Assembly (NCBI GenBank): GCA_001641225.1
Contig: LSMY01000002.1
Location: 3,799-67,798, forward strand
Direction: 5' to 3'
Length of the DNA: 64,000 bases
Origin: Mycoplasma sp. Bg2
GTDB lineage: Bacteria > Bacillota_I > Bacilli_A > Mycoplasmatales > Hepatoplasmataceae
A program made the position numbers and the translations under genes. This document shows, in pieces, positions 34,431-45,799 of the stretch. Below the pieces are notes generated by a model. It was not told the origin of the DNA and searched no databases. It was given only the letters and a program-made list of their open reading frames with translations. Numbering within the stretch: the stretch's first letter is position 1; the number at the start of each line of letters is the position of its first letter.

Positions 34431-36382
34431 TGTTTATTAGTAAAAAACAACTTTCTAGATTTTTAGAAACAGAAGCAGTTACGACAGACCAATTAGTCGA
34501 AGCATTAACCAATTTAGCTTATGAAGTTGAACAAGTAATAAAATATGATAATATTTCTGGAGTAAAATTTGGAAAAATTATTTCTTGCATCAAACATCCA
34601 AATGCTGATACATTATCCTTACTTGAAGTTGATACGGATGGGAAAATTTATACTGTTGTTTGTGGCGGAGCAAATGCTGCCAAAGGACAAATAGTTGCCC
34701 ATGCAATTCCTGGTTCTAGAGTTGGAGAATTGATTATGGCTCCTAAAGTTTTACGAGGAATTGAATCAGCGGGAATGATTTTATCAATTTCTGAAATTGG
34801 TGGAATTGATAAAAGCTTAGTTGAAGAGGAAGAAAAAGAAAATATTTATGTTTTTGCTAAAGATCAAGACATGTCCTTGGATCCAGCTGATGTAATTGGT
34901 TTAAAAGATGAAATTATTGAAGTAAATATTTTACCTGACCGTCAATATGCTAGTTCATACCGCGAAATAGCAAGAGAACTTTCTGCTTATTTAGGAATTA
35001 ATTTTGGGAATGTAACTATTCCTTATCTTCCAAAAGAATTGGATGATTCTGAATATAGTGAGCCCAAAATTATTTTAGGCAAAAATGCCATAAAAATTAA
35101 TGTTCTTTTTGCTCATTTAACCGGAGTAGGTAAAACTGAACAGTTTATTAAAAATACTCTTTATGCAGCAAAAATTCAACCAACAGATACTTTTAATGAT
35201 ATTTTAATTTATGTAAGACTTTTAAAAGGAAATGTAACCTATGTTTTTGATTTTTTAAAAGAGATCAAACTTGATGGTTCAAAATTAAATGAAATAGATA
35301 TTTTTGCAGATGGATTAATGCACAATAAAACAAATAAGATTACTCTTGTGGGCATTGCTTCAGATGAAAAAGCAAATGTTGTTAAGCTTGCTAAAGTGAA
35401 CTACCCAATGGGGATTTCAAATACTAAAGGAACTAAATTTGCTAATGTTCAACTTGCGGCAATTGTAAAATATGGATTTGAATGTGGATATATTGATAAA
35501 ATTTCTCCAAAAGCATTTATTAAAGTTCTTCAAGAATCTAAAGAATCTAAAATAATAAAAATGGAAAAACAATTTATTACCCAATATATCGGAGAAAAAA
35601 TTCCTCTTCATGAAGTGCTTATAAAATTAGCAAAAATTAGAATTATTGTTGATAAAGGAAATTGATTTGTCCCTTATGATCGGGTAGATTTAGAAACAAA
35701 ACAAGATTTAATTGAAGAAATTGTACGATTTTATGGAATTAATAAAATTAATCCGATACTTCCCAAAATAATTAAAAAACCACCTCAAATAAATTTGAAA
35801 AAGGAAGCTTTTCAAAATGTCTCCAAATTATTAATTAATTTGGGAATTAATGAAGCGAAAACATATCAATTAGTTACTAAAGAACAAGCAGAAAAATATA
35901 ATCTTTGAGATTTAAAAACATATAGTCAATTAAGAGAAGATTATTCAGCAGAAAATAATACCTTACAAACTTCATTAATGTTTGGACTTATTGAAGTTTA
36001 TAAATATAACTATCGTAAAGAATACAAAGATATTGCTTTTTTTGAATTTGCAAATATTTTTGACCATGAAGTTCCAAATTATTCAGTTGGAATTATTATT
36101 GATGATATAAAATATGAAGATCCAGCACTTGCTTTAAAAGAAATGGTTTTAAGAATCATTGAATTAATTGCGCCAAATTCTAAGAAAATTGACTTTTTAG
36201 AACTTGACATTGCATTATTTAATAAATTTAATGCAGTTGCGATAGAAGTTAACCATCAAACTGTTGCTCTAATCGGTGAATTACATCCTAGTTTGCTTAG
36301 AGAACATAAATTTATTCGCATTGACAAAGTAAAACAAAAACTTTATTATGCAGAAATAAATATCGAAAAATTACTTAAATAA
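34430..36382 (+). CDS. pheT: Phenylalanine--tRNA ligase beta subunit
   Basis: N-terminal tRNA-binding domain (KHPNADTLSLLEVD..VVCGGANA). Frame-2 fragments joined by TGA. Immediately follows pheS. Confidence 0.85.
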
Positions 36383-36383
36383 A

Positions 36384-38051
36384 ATGAATAATACAAAAGT
36401 TCAGCATGCACAAAATGTAAAAGAGGGCGATCATGCCTTTGATCAAAGTTCAGTGCTTAAGGTTTTAATAAAAAATTCCTTTCCGCTTGTTCTATTAATG
36501 ATTGCAAACTCTTTTTATACGTTAATTGATGCCCTACTTGCCATTAGATTTGTAACCGTGGAAAACCATGGTTATAACGGTGGTGATGTTGTGGGGGCAG
36601 TTTTTCCACTTGCTCAATTACTGATGGCTTTTTCCATGTTTTATGTTGTGGGGATTGGCCTCTATTATTCAAAAAGATTAGGGCAAGATAAATATGATTC
36701 TGCTGAACGTGGGGTTAGTCAAGCAATGCTAATGTCTGTTGTCATGGGAGTTATTCTTTATGTGGTCTTATTTATAATTGTTGATCCTTATGTAAGTCAT
36801 TTAATTGATAGTTCAAAATCATTTGCTGTTACTTCTGATGCATTCCCTGATGTAGACGCCAATATTGAAGCGGCTAAGGTTGCTGGGAAGAATTTCTTAC
36901 TAGTAATTGGACTTTCAGCAATTCCACTTTCAATTATGAACTGTTTGGTTCGGGCACTTAGATCAGAAGGAAAAGGACCTGCTGCTTCAGTAATTCCAAT
37001 GTTACCAATTCCCTTAAACTTGGGATTTGATATTATCATGATGGGAGTTTTGGGAACTGGAATTTGGGGAGCAGCTTTTGCCACCTTTTTTGCTTCATTA
37101 GTAACAATGATTATTGCAATCGGTTATGTAGTTTTTGAAAAAGCAAAAGATAATACTTACATTTCTTTTAAAATTGGACTTTGAAAACCAATTTGACCAA
37201 CAATTTTTGTAATTATAGTTTTTGGAGCAACATCATTTATTAGAAGAATGGGAACTGCTTTTGTAATGGTTTCACTTTCAACCCATATTACTTCACTTGG
37301 AAATTTTGATATTAGTGCAACAGATACGTATCTTTTAACAAGCGGAGCAATAAGTAATTTTTTAGCATCAATTTCAGATAGCACCATTAGAACAACCATT
37401 GATGCTGCAGTAACAACTTCAGACGAATGAGCTGCAGCCTTTAACGCTATGGCAAGAACCTTAATTATTCCAAATAGGATTTCTTTAGGAATTGCCCAAT
37501 CAGTTGCTATGATTTGTGCTTATCATTATGGAAGAAGAAATTGGAAACGAATTAATCAAACTTTAATGTGAGGGTTTGCAGGAGTACTTCTGATTACTGG
37601 AATCATGAGTGCAATTTTAATTGGAGCTTCTAACCCCTTAATAAAATCATTTGGGGTACATCCAGATGACCCTAATTTTATTACTTATCAAATGGCTTAT
37701 ATTTATGGGGGAGTTTTTGTCTTCATGAATGGAATGGTCTTAATTCCAATTATGTTCTATTCATCACAAAGAAATATTAGAGCTACACTAGTTCATGTCT
37801 TTGTTGTTACAATAATTTTATTTAGTGCTACATTTATTGGAAAACCAATTGCGGAGAAATGTAATAATGATCTTGCTTACTTTTATACCATGCTAGTCGG
37901 TGCCTTTTTTGCAAATTTAGCTGCGGTTATACTTTTCTCAGTTAATCTTCATAAGATGAATAAAAATGTTAAATTATATGATTTCCCCAAAAAACCGAAA
38001 AAGGAACAATTATTAATAAATATTTCTGCTAAGAGCGGATTGCCAAAGTAA
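36384..38051 (+). CDS. MATE-like multidrug/oligosaccharide efflux family membrane protein
   Basis: 555-aa frame-3 ORF joined by TGA. About 12 TM. The N-terminal segment NSFPLVLLMIANSFYTLIDALLAIRFV resembles MATE TM1. Confidence 0.55.
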
Positions 38052-38128
38052 TTAAATTTAAGAATAAATTAATATATAATTAAAAAGACTTAATTTTATA
38101 AAGTGAAAAAAAGAGAAAGGAAAATGAC

Positions 38129-38314
38129 ATGCCAGTACCATATAGAAGAACCTCAAAAACAAGAAAAGCTAAACGCAGAACTCATCAAAATGCAGATAAA
38201 CCAACTGTCGTAATGTGTGAAAACTGTGGTTTTCATATTAAACCTCATACAGTTTGCAATAAATGCGGATATTATAAAGGAAAAAAAGTAATTAAAGTTA
38301 AAGATGATGAATAA
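38129..38314 (+). CDS. rpmF: 50S ribosomal protein L32
   Basis: MPVPYRRTSKTRKAKRRTH.. plus a CxxC..CxxC zinc ribbon. 61 aa. AGGAAA RBS. Confidence 0.85.
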   Translation: MPVPYRRTSKTRKAKRRTHQNADKPTVVMCENCGFHIKPHTVCNKCGYYKGKKVIKVKDDE

Positions 38315-38723
38315 TAATATTTCTTTACGTGATGGACTTGATAATCGAAGAGAAAGAATCATTCTTTTGTATCAAATCTATTTATTAGAATATGATTTAG
38401 ATCAAGTTTTAGAAATACTTTATAATCATACTGAATTTAATTTTACAGATGATCAAATTAAAGTTATTAAAATAATTTTAGAAAATAAAGATTCACTTGA
38501 AAAACAATTAATTAATTATTTACCACAAAACTGAAAATGATCAAGATTTGGTAACTTTGAAAAAGCAATTTTACTTGACTCAACTGCTGAACTTACCCTT
38601 TTTAAGGTTGATAAAGCAATTATTATTAATGAAGCAGTTGAATTTGCTAAAGAATATTGTGATCTTAAAACGCCAGCACTAATTAATGGAATTCTGGATA
38701 ATTTTAATAAAAAAGTTCAATAA
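38304..38723 (+). CDS. nusB: Transcription antitermination factor NusB-like
   Basis: 139 aa joined through TGA codons. NusB-like blocks: RRERIILLYQ, NWKWSRFGNFEKAILLDSTAEL, IIINEAVEFAKEY, LINGILDN. Confidence 0.65.
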
Positions 38724-38777
38724 TGGACTTTTTATACTAAATAGCTACTAAAAATTAACTTATTACTCTATATTATT

Positions 38778-38810
38778 AAATACAATTTTGTCTTGAAATT
38801 GTATTTTTTT
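38778..38810 (+). terminator. Rho-independent terminator after nusB
   Basis: aaatacaattt-tgtcttg-aaattgtattt hairpin followed by a T-run. Confidence 0.7.
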
Positions 38811-38822
38811 GTGCAAAAAGGT

Positions 38823-38854
38823 TATAATATGGGAGAAAGTGGTAAATAGTGGTA
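38823..38854 (+). promoter_or_regulatory. mraZ promoter -10 box (TATAAT 38823-38828) with downstream direct repeats spaced 10 bp apart, a candidate MraZ operator
   Basis: Sequence tataat-at-GGGAg-aaAGTGGTAaatAGTGGTAgat. AGTGGTA occurs at 38838-38844 and again at 38848-38854. A related TGGGA is at 38830-38834. All lie 25-50 nt upstream of the mraZ ATG. Confidence 0.5.
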
Positions 38855-38877
38855 GATACCATATCAGGGATAAAACT

Positions 38878-39306
38878 ATGATAGGAAATTATAATAACAA
38901 ACTTGATCAAAAAGGCAGAATAATGATTCCTGCAAAATTAAGAGAAGAACTTGGCAAAAAAGTAATTCTTTCTCTTGGCTTTGATTCTACCTTAGAAATT
39001 AGAAACCCAAATGATTTTGATGCTTGAGTAGCTCAATTAAATAAAAATAATACTCTAAATAAAGATGCACGGATTATTTTACGGGCAATTCTTGGTAATT
39101 CTTTTGAACTAAATGTTGATGGTCATGGAAGAATAAATATTCCGCAAACATTAATCAATAGTATTAATTTAAAAGATGATGTAGTTTTAGTTGGAGTGAA
39201 TGACAAGATTGAAATTCATGCTGCTGAAAAATGAAATGCTTTTATGGAAACAACTGCAAAAGGAATTTTAGAAGAAGCCGCAACAAATCTTGACAAAAAA
39301 GCATAA
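38878..39306 (+). CDS. mraZ: Transcriptional regulator MraZ
   Basis: MIGNYNNKLDQKGRIMIPAKLREEL and a second repeat VDGHGRINIPQTLINSI (two SpoVT/AbrB-like halves with DxxGR). Internal ATG at 38878 with AGGGA RBS. Joined through TGA. Confidence 0.85.
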
Positions 39307-40202
39307 TGGAACATTATTCAGTTCTAAATAAAGAAGTCATTAAAAAATTAAATATAAATCCAGCTGGAATTTATGTAGATGCAACACTCGGCTTAGGCGG
39401 ACATGCAAAACAGATTGCAAAAAAACTTACTAGTGGAACATTGTTTGCTTTTGATCAAGATAATGAAGCATTGACTTTTGCAAAAGATCAATTAAAAAGC
39501 TATTCCAATATTATTTATATTAATGATAATTTCAAAAATTTAAAAGATCAATTAGAAAAACATCATATTAAAGAAATTGATGGAATTATTTATGATTTGG
39601 GAACTTCATACTTTCAATTAACAGAAGAAAGTCGTGGGTTTACTTATCATGGTGAAGCTAAACTGGATATGCGTATGGATCAAAACCAAGACCTTAGCGC
39701 TTATGAAGTAGTAAATACTTATCCAGAAGAAAAACTTGCTGATATATTTTTCAGATTTGGTGATGAAAAACAAGCAAGAAAATTAGCAAAAGCAATTGTA
39801 GATAGAAGAACAAACCAGACAATTGTAACAAACGTACAATTGAACGAAATTATTAAACAAGTAAAGGGCTGAAACAAGAAAAAACATCCTTCAAAAAACA
39901 TCTTTCAAGCAATTAGAATTGAAGTAAATAAAGAACTTGAAGTTTTAGAAACATCGTTAGTGGATGCATTAAGTTTATTAAAAGTTGGTGGAATTTGTGA
40001 AGTTATTTCTTTTCATTCTTTAGAAGATAAAATTGTAAAAGATATTTTTTGAAAAAACAAAGAAGATATTATGATTACACCACTTGGAAATCAACCAAGA
40101 TTTCATACTTCAAAAGCAGTTTATCCCTCACCAAAAGAACTCCTTGAAAATAAATCATCCCGTTCTGCAAAATTACGCACAATCAAAAAGATTCATGAAT
40201 AA
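39306..40202 (+). CDS. rsmH: 16S rRNA (cytosine1402-N4)-methyltransferase RsmH (MraW)
   Basis: [40 protein letters not shown]. Joined through TGA. Confidence 0.9.
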
Positions 40203-41361
40203 AACATTATTAATTGAAATCAAAGACAATAAAGCAGTAGTAACCTTAACATCATTTAATAGTAAGGTTAGTTTACTTTATAAAAATAGTTTTTACTTTA
40301 AACCATTGGTTGGTAAAATTCTTTTTGATTCTACTTGAATTAAAAAAATGCAAGCAGAGCTAATAAACATAACTCCCTTTGAAACAATTAATAACATTAC
40401 ACTAGTAATTAATACTAAAGGAACACTTAGCAAAACTAAAATCTTAACTTTTTCAACAAAAGCTGATTTAACAACAGAGTTAGCACAAATTAAAACTAAA
40501 ATTGAAAACCAAAATGGAAAATTACTTCATTTAATTAATTTCCGCACAACAATTCTTAGCCAAACTATTAGTGAAATTAAATTAGGACTTGCCTACGAAG
40601 TTGTTTCAAATGATCTTTATAAACAAATTGTTGCAGCATTTTATGCAAATAACCTTGAATTTACAAAAGTAGTTTCAACTATTGAAGCAATAAGAAATGC
40701 ATTAGTTATGCTTAAACAACAAAATAAAGTTATTTTTGATGTTGATATTGAAGCAAAACATACCCTTATTTCAATTATTAAAGATGGAACTTATTTAGAA
40801 ATTATTAAATTAAAAGGTGGCATGGATATTATTTACAAAAATATTGCAAAAAAAATGCAAATTAATTCTAAAACAGCAAGAAAACTATTCATGTCTTTTG
40901 GGTTTATTCCTCCTGATGCTGTTATTGATAATAAAATTATTTATATTAAAAAATCTTTGAATGGAGAACAAACTACATTTAGAAAAAAAGATCTTTCAAA
41001 TTATATTACTGAAATCGTTAATGAGTTTTTTGCTGAAATTAAAGGATATTTGAATAAATATACTAATTTTGCTCCAAGCTTAATTTTTTCTGGAGAAATT
41101 AGTCATCTTGTTGGATTTGAAAGTTATGCCAAAATTGTTTTATCTGCTAAAAATGAAGTTACTGTTTATGATTCAAATATTATTGGATTGAATCAACAAG
41201 ATGCATTAATTGTTGTTGGAGCATTGGAAGAAATGAATAAAAATATTATAATTAAACCAGGTAAGGAAAAAATGTTTAAGGGTGATAATTATCTTTGTAA
41301 AAAACAATATAAAGTATTATTCTTAATCTCAAAAATAAACAGAATGTACAATTATGTTTAA
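40195..41361 (+). CDS. ftsA: Divergent FtsA-like cell division protein
   Basis: ATG 40195 ([16 protein letters not shown]..) continues through TGA 40336-40338 into ORF 40348..41361, giving 388 aa. It sits between rsmH and ftsZ. The actin-fold assignment rests on position and weak motifs only. Confidence 0.55.
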
Positions 41362-41392
41362 ATTACCAATTTAATTTAGGAAAGGTGAAGTT

Positions 41393-42676
41393 ATGTTTGA
41401 AAAATTTAACGAAAATGTTGATTTAGAAAATAAAGATACTACCGCAAGAATCAAAATCATTGGTGTTGGTGGTGGTGGAACGAATGCAGTAAATAAAATG
41501 ATTGATTCCAAAATTTTTGGTCTAGAATTTTATATTGCAAATACGGATGCACAAGCATTAAAAAACTCAAAAGCAACAAATAAAATTTTATTAGGAAATG
41601 GATTAACTAAAGGACTTGGTGCAGGAGCTAACCCAGATGTTGGGCAAAAAGCAGCAATTGAATCATCAGATGCAATTAAAGCTGTTGTTGAAGATACTGA
41701 TTTAGTCTTTATTACCATTGGAATGGGTGGAGGAACTGGTTCTGGAGCAGGACCTGTTATTGCCCAAATTGCCAAAGATGAAGGAGCATTAGTGGTAGCA
41801 ATTGTTACTACTCCTTTTGATTTTGAAGGAAAAACTAGAGCTATTAATGCAAAAGATGCATTGCAAAAAATAAAAGAAGTTGCTGATTCTGTAATTGTTG
41901 TTTCAAACAATAGATTACTTTCAGAATTAGGAGCAATTCCTTTAACTGATTCATTTCAATATTCTGATGCAATTTTAAAACAAGCTGTAAGAACAATTAC
42001 AGAATTAATTAATAAACATTCATTAATTAACTTAGATTTTGCTGATATTAAAACTGTCATTGCAAATCAAGGACTTGCCTTAATTGGAACTGGAAAATCT
42101 TCAGGTGAAAACGCCGCTGTTGAGGCAGCAATTCAAGCAATTAATTCACCAATTTTAGAATCTTCTATTAAAGGGGCCAAAAATGCTATTGTTAATGTTC
42201 TTGGTGGACCAAAAGCATTAACAATTCAACAAGCTGAAGAAGCAGTACAAACAATTAAAGATGCTGCTTCAAGTAATGTTGATGTTATTTTTGGAGTTAC
42301 AATTTCTGATGAACTTGGAGATGAAATTGTTGTTTCAGTAATTGCAACTGGACTACAACATATCCGTGAAGAAGGAAATTTTGTTTCTAGCGATCAAGGA
42401 GTAGAATTTCTTACTCCAGACGAAATTGATATTAGAAAATATAAAGAAGTAAGTGCAAAAAGTGAACTTCCATTAGGTAATACTAATTTTGGAAATCCTG
42501 AAGAAACTTCAGAAGATGTTTTACTTAGCCTTTCTTTATTAGAAAATACTACAGAAGAAAAATTAAATCTAGTTGCAATGGATAACCAAGTAAAAAGAAA
42601 TGGTAAATTTAAAAATCTAATTAGTAAAATCAAAGCAAACAAAAAAGCAAAAGAAGAAAACAAAGGGGCTAAATAG
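41393..42676 (+). CDS. ftsZ: Cell division protein FtsZ
   Basis: 427-aa ORF. GVGGGGTNAVNKM, tubulin signature GMGGGTGSGAGPVIA, NLDFADIKT. Long acidic linker and a Lys-rich C-terminus. Confidence 0.95.
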   Translation: MFEKFNENVDLENKDTTARIKIIGVGGGGTNAVNKMIDSKIFGLEFYIANTDAQALKNSKATNKILLGNGLTKGLGAGANPDVGQKAAIESSDAIKAVVEDTDLVFITIGMGGGTGSGAGPVIAQIAKDEGALVVAIVTTPFDFEGKTRAINAKDALQKIKEVADSVIVVSNNRLLSELGAIPLTDSFQYSDAILKQAVRTITELINKHSLINLDFADIKTVIANQGLALIGTGKSSGENAAVEAAIQAINSPILESSIKGAKNAIVNVLGGPKALTIQQAEEAVQTIKDAASSNVDVIFGVTISDELGDEIVVSVIATGLQHIREEGNFVSSDQGVEFLTPDEIDIRKYKEVSAKSELPLGNTNFGNPEETSEDVLLSLSLLENTTEEKLNLVAMDNQVKRNGKFKNLISKIKANKKAKEENKGAK

Positions 42677-42678
42677 AG

Positions 42679-43002
42679 ATGAAGATGAATAAAAGTAAAT
42701 GCTGATCAAAAAATAATGATGATTGTATTTGTATTGATGTTAAAGCTTCTAAATTAATTAGATTTAATCCAATTGAATTTAAAGAAGTTAAAATTATTAG
42801 TAATGAATTAATTTTAGGAAATGTTGTTATTGTTGATTTAAAAGACATGCCTAAAGAAGATACCTTAAGATTCATTGATACAATTACAGGAATTTTAATG
42901 GCTACAAAAGGAAAATATAAAAAACTTGCCTCAAAAACTTATTTACTTGCTCCAAAACCAGAGCTTTTAGAAAAATATGCAGATAAAACTGAACCTCAAT
43001 AA
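42679..43002 (+). CDS. sepF: SepF-like cell division protein
   Basis: 107 aa, directly after ftsZ. The DUF552-like core 'FNPIEFKEVKIISNELILGNVVIVDLKDMPKEDTLRFIDTITGILMATKG' matches the SepF pattern. Confidence 0.65.
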
Positions 43003-43029
43003 TACTAACTAAATTAAATAATAATAAAT

Positions 43030-43061
43030 AAAGCAACTTACTAGAAAATTAAAGTTGCTTT
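43030..43061 (+). terminator. Hairpin terminator after the division operon
   Basis: Perfect 10-bp stem aaagcaactt / aagttgcttt with a 12-nt loop. The T-run is weak (tatct). Confidence 0.5.
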
Positions 43062-43138
43062 ATCTACTTTAATTAGTGGATTATCATAAATGATTAGTTC
43101 TAACCATGCTAAAATTAAGGAAAAGGTTGAAATAAATA

Positions 43139-45742
43139 ATGGATTATAAAGATACTTTATTAATGCCTCAAACAAATTTTGAGATGCGCGGTCAACTTAA
43201 TAAAAAAGATGCTCTTTTTGTAAAAGAACAACTTTCTTCTTTACTTTATGAAAAAGTAAGTACTCGTAAAGGAAAAGCTTTTATTTTACATGATGGACCA
43301 CCTTATGCAAACGGAAACATTCATATTGGTCATGCTTTAAACAAAATTTTAAAAGATTTTGTTATTAGAGATCAAGTGCTACAAGGAAAAAAAGTAAATT
43401 GGGAATTAGGCTGAGATACTCACGGACTTCCAATTGAATTAAAAGTCCAAAAAGCAAATCCAGAACTTAAAAATGCTGATAAAAGTGAATACTTAGCAGC
43501 TTGTAAAAAATATGTTTTAGAGCAAGTTAAAAACCAAGAAGAACAATTCATGTCACTTGGTATTTTAACTGACCCTAATAAAAAATATTTAACTCTTGAT
43601 CATGATTTTGTAGCAAATGAAATAAGTATTTTTCATGCAATGCTAAATAAAGGATTAATTTATCAAGACCTAAAACCAGTTTATTGATCTTGATCTTCAA
43701 AAACTGCACTTGCAGAAGCTGAAGTAGAATATGCAGTGAAACCAGCATATTCAATTTATTTAAAATTTAAACTAGAAAATACTGATTTATCTTTTGTTAT
43801 TTGAACAACTACTCCTTGAACTATTCCAGCAAATGTAGCACTAGCCTTTGGTGAAAGAATTGCTTATTCAATTGTTGATTATAACGGTGAAAAATTAGTT
43901 GTCGCAACAGAGTTAATCGGTACATTAGAACAAAAATTTGCAACTAAATTGAAAGTAATTGCAAATTTTAATCCAAACGAATATATTGGTAAAAATGCTA
44001 TAAATCCTTTAAATGGGGCTACCTCAAAATTAGTTTGAGGGCATCATGTCAGCATTGATGATGGAACTGGAATTGTTCATATTGCAGGTGGGCATGGAAT
44101 TGATGATTATTTAATTGCTAAAAAAGAGAATTTACCGCTTCTAGTGGTAATTGATGATTTAGGGCACATGCAAAATGCAGGTGAATTTGATGGTCAATTT
44201 TATGAAAAAGCAAATAAATTAATTCTTGAAGCCTTAGCTGATGATTTAATTATTAGTTCTAAAATTGAACATGCTGTTCCAATTGATTGAAGAACTAAAA
44301 AACCAATTGTTTATCGGGCAACAAAGCAATGATTTGTTTCAATTGAAAAAGTTAAAGTAGCAGTAATAGATAATGCAACAAATGTAGAATGGTTTCCTGC
44401 TTGAGGAAAAGAAAGATTAGTGGGCATGACTAAAAATCGTGACGACTGATGTATTTCTCGTCAAAGAGTTTGAGGTGTTCCCATTCCAATTATTTATGAT
44501 CAAGATAATAAACCACTTATTAATCAAAAATTACAACAAGAAATTGAACTTCTTTTTGCAAAAGAAGGAATTATTGGGTGACAAAATTTAGATATTGAAA
44601 AACTTTTACCCAAAGAAATAAAATATAACAAAGGCATGCATCAAGAAGTTGATATTTTAGATGTGTGGTTTGATTCTGGTTCAAGTTGAAAAACTGTTTT
44701 GGGAACAAACCAAATTGCTGATGTCTATCTTGAAGGAAATGATCAATATCGAGGATGATTTAATTCTTCTTTAATTACTTCAACAATTATTCAAGGAACA
44801 GCACCATATAAAAATGTAATTACTCATGGAATGGTAACTGATGGTAAAGGGAATAAGATGTCTAAATCCATCGGAAATACAATTGATCCCTTAAAAATTA
44901 CTCATGAATTTGGAAATGATATTTTACGGCTAATGATTGCTAATGCTAATTATCAAGACAATGTAAAAATTTCTCAAGAATTAATTAAACAAACTACAAA
45001 TGATTATCGTAAAATTAGAAATACCATAAGATTTATCTTAGGAAACCTTGCTGATTATGATGGAAGTGAAGTTGAGTTAACTTCAATTACAAAACTAATT
45101 TTAGATAACATTAATGCAGTCTGAACTCAAATTAGAATAAATTATGCTAATTTTAATTATGTAAATATTGCAAAAGAAATCATGCAAGAGATTACAAGTG
45201 GTTCTATTTCTTATTTACTTGATTATGCAAAAGATGTACTTTATGTTTTTAAAGAAAATGATCAAGAAAGAAGAGCAATTCAATTTGTGCTTACTAAAAT
45301 CTTAGATTTGCTCCTTTATGCAATGGCACCACTTATTCCACTTACAGTGGAAGAAGCCTATAAACAAGATAATTCAAAAGAAAGTATCTTTTTAACTACT
45401 TATCCAAATTTTCCAAAAGGGAATAGAACTCCTTGAATAGAATTTAACCAAATTAGAGAAGTAGTAAACAAAGAAATTGAAATCTTACGGGAAGATAAAT
45501 TATTAAAAAGCTCTCATCAAGCAGTAATTGCAATTACCTTACCAAAAGAATATCTTTATTTACAAGCACATTTAAAAGATTATTTAATGGTTGCAAAACT
45601 AATTGTTACTTCAGGAGAATCTCTTGCAGTAAAGGCAACCGTTTTTGAAGGTAAAAAATGTGCAAGATGTTGAAAAATATTTGATGAACAAGAAATAACT
45701 GATGATATTTGCAAGCATTGTAAAGAAGTACTTGCCAAATAA
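43139..45742 (+). CDS. ileS: Isoleucine--tRNA ligase
   Basis: Frame-2 fragments joined by many TGA codons. PPYANGNIHIGHALNKILKD (HIGH), KMSKSIGN (KMSKS), C-terminal CARCW..CKHC zinc motif. Confidence 0.9.
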
Positions 45743-45751
45743 TTTAATTTT

Positions 45752-45776
45752 AAAACCTCTTTTTAAGAGGTTTTTT
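45752..45776 (+). terminator. Rho-independent terminator after ileS
   Basis: aaaacctct-tttta-agaggtttt hairpin plus a T-run. Confidence 0.75.
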
Positions 45777-45799
45777 CTTTTCCTTGTTAATCTAATATT

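Noticed and set aside
41530-41910. 126-aa minus-strand ORF. Similar antisense ORFs occur at 42394..42663 and 42669..42875.
   Set aside because: They are antisense to ftsZ and sepF, whose identity is unambiguous. The Gly/Ala/Pro-rich composition mirrors the FtsZ GGGTGSG region.
43003-43138. Possible T-box leader upstream of ileS. The same was considered for hisS, aspS and pheS.
   Set aside because: The gap is only 136 nt and is mostly occupied by the upstream operon's terminator hairpin. No specifier-loop/T-box (AGGGUGGNACCGCG-like) sequence is seen. The other synthetase genes have essentially no upstream gap.
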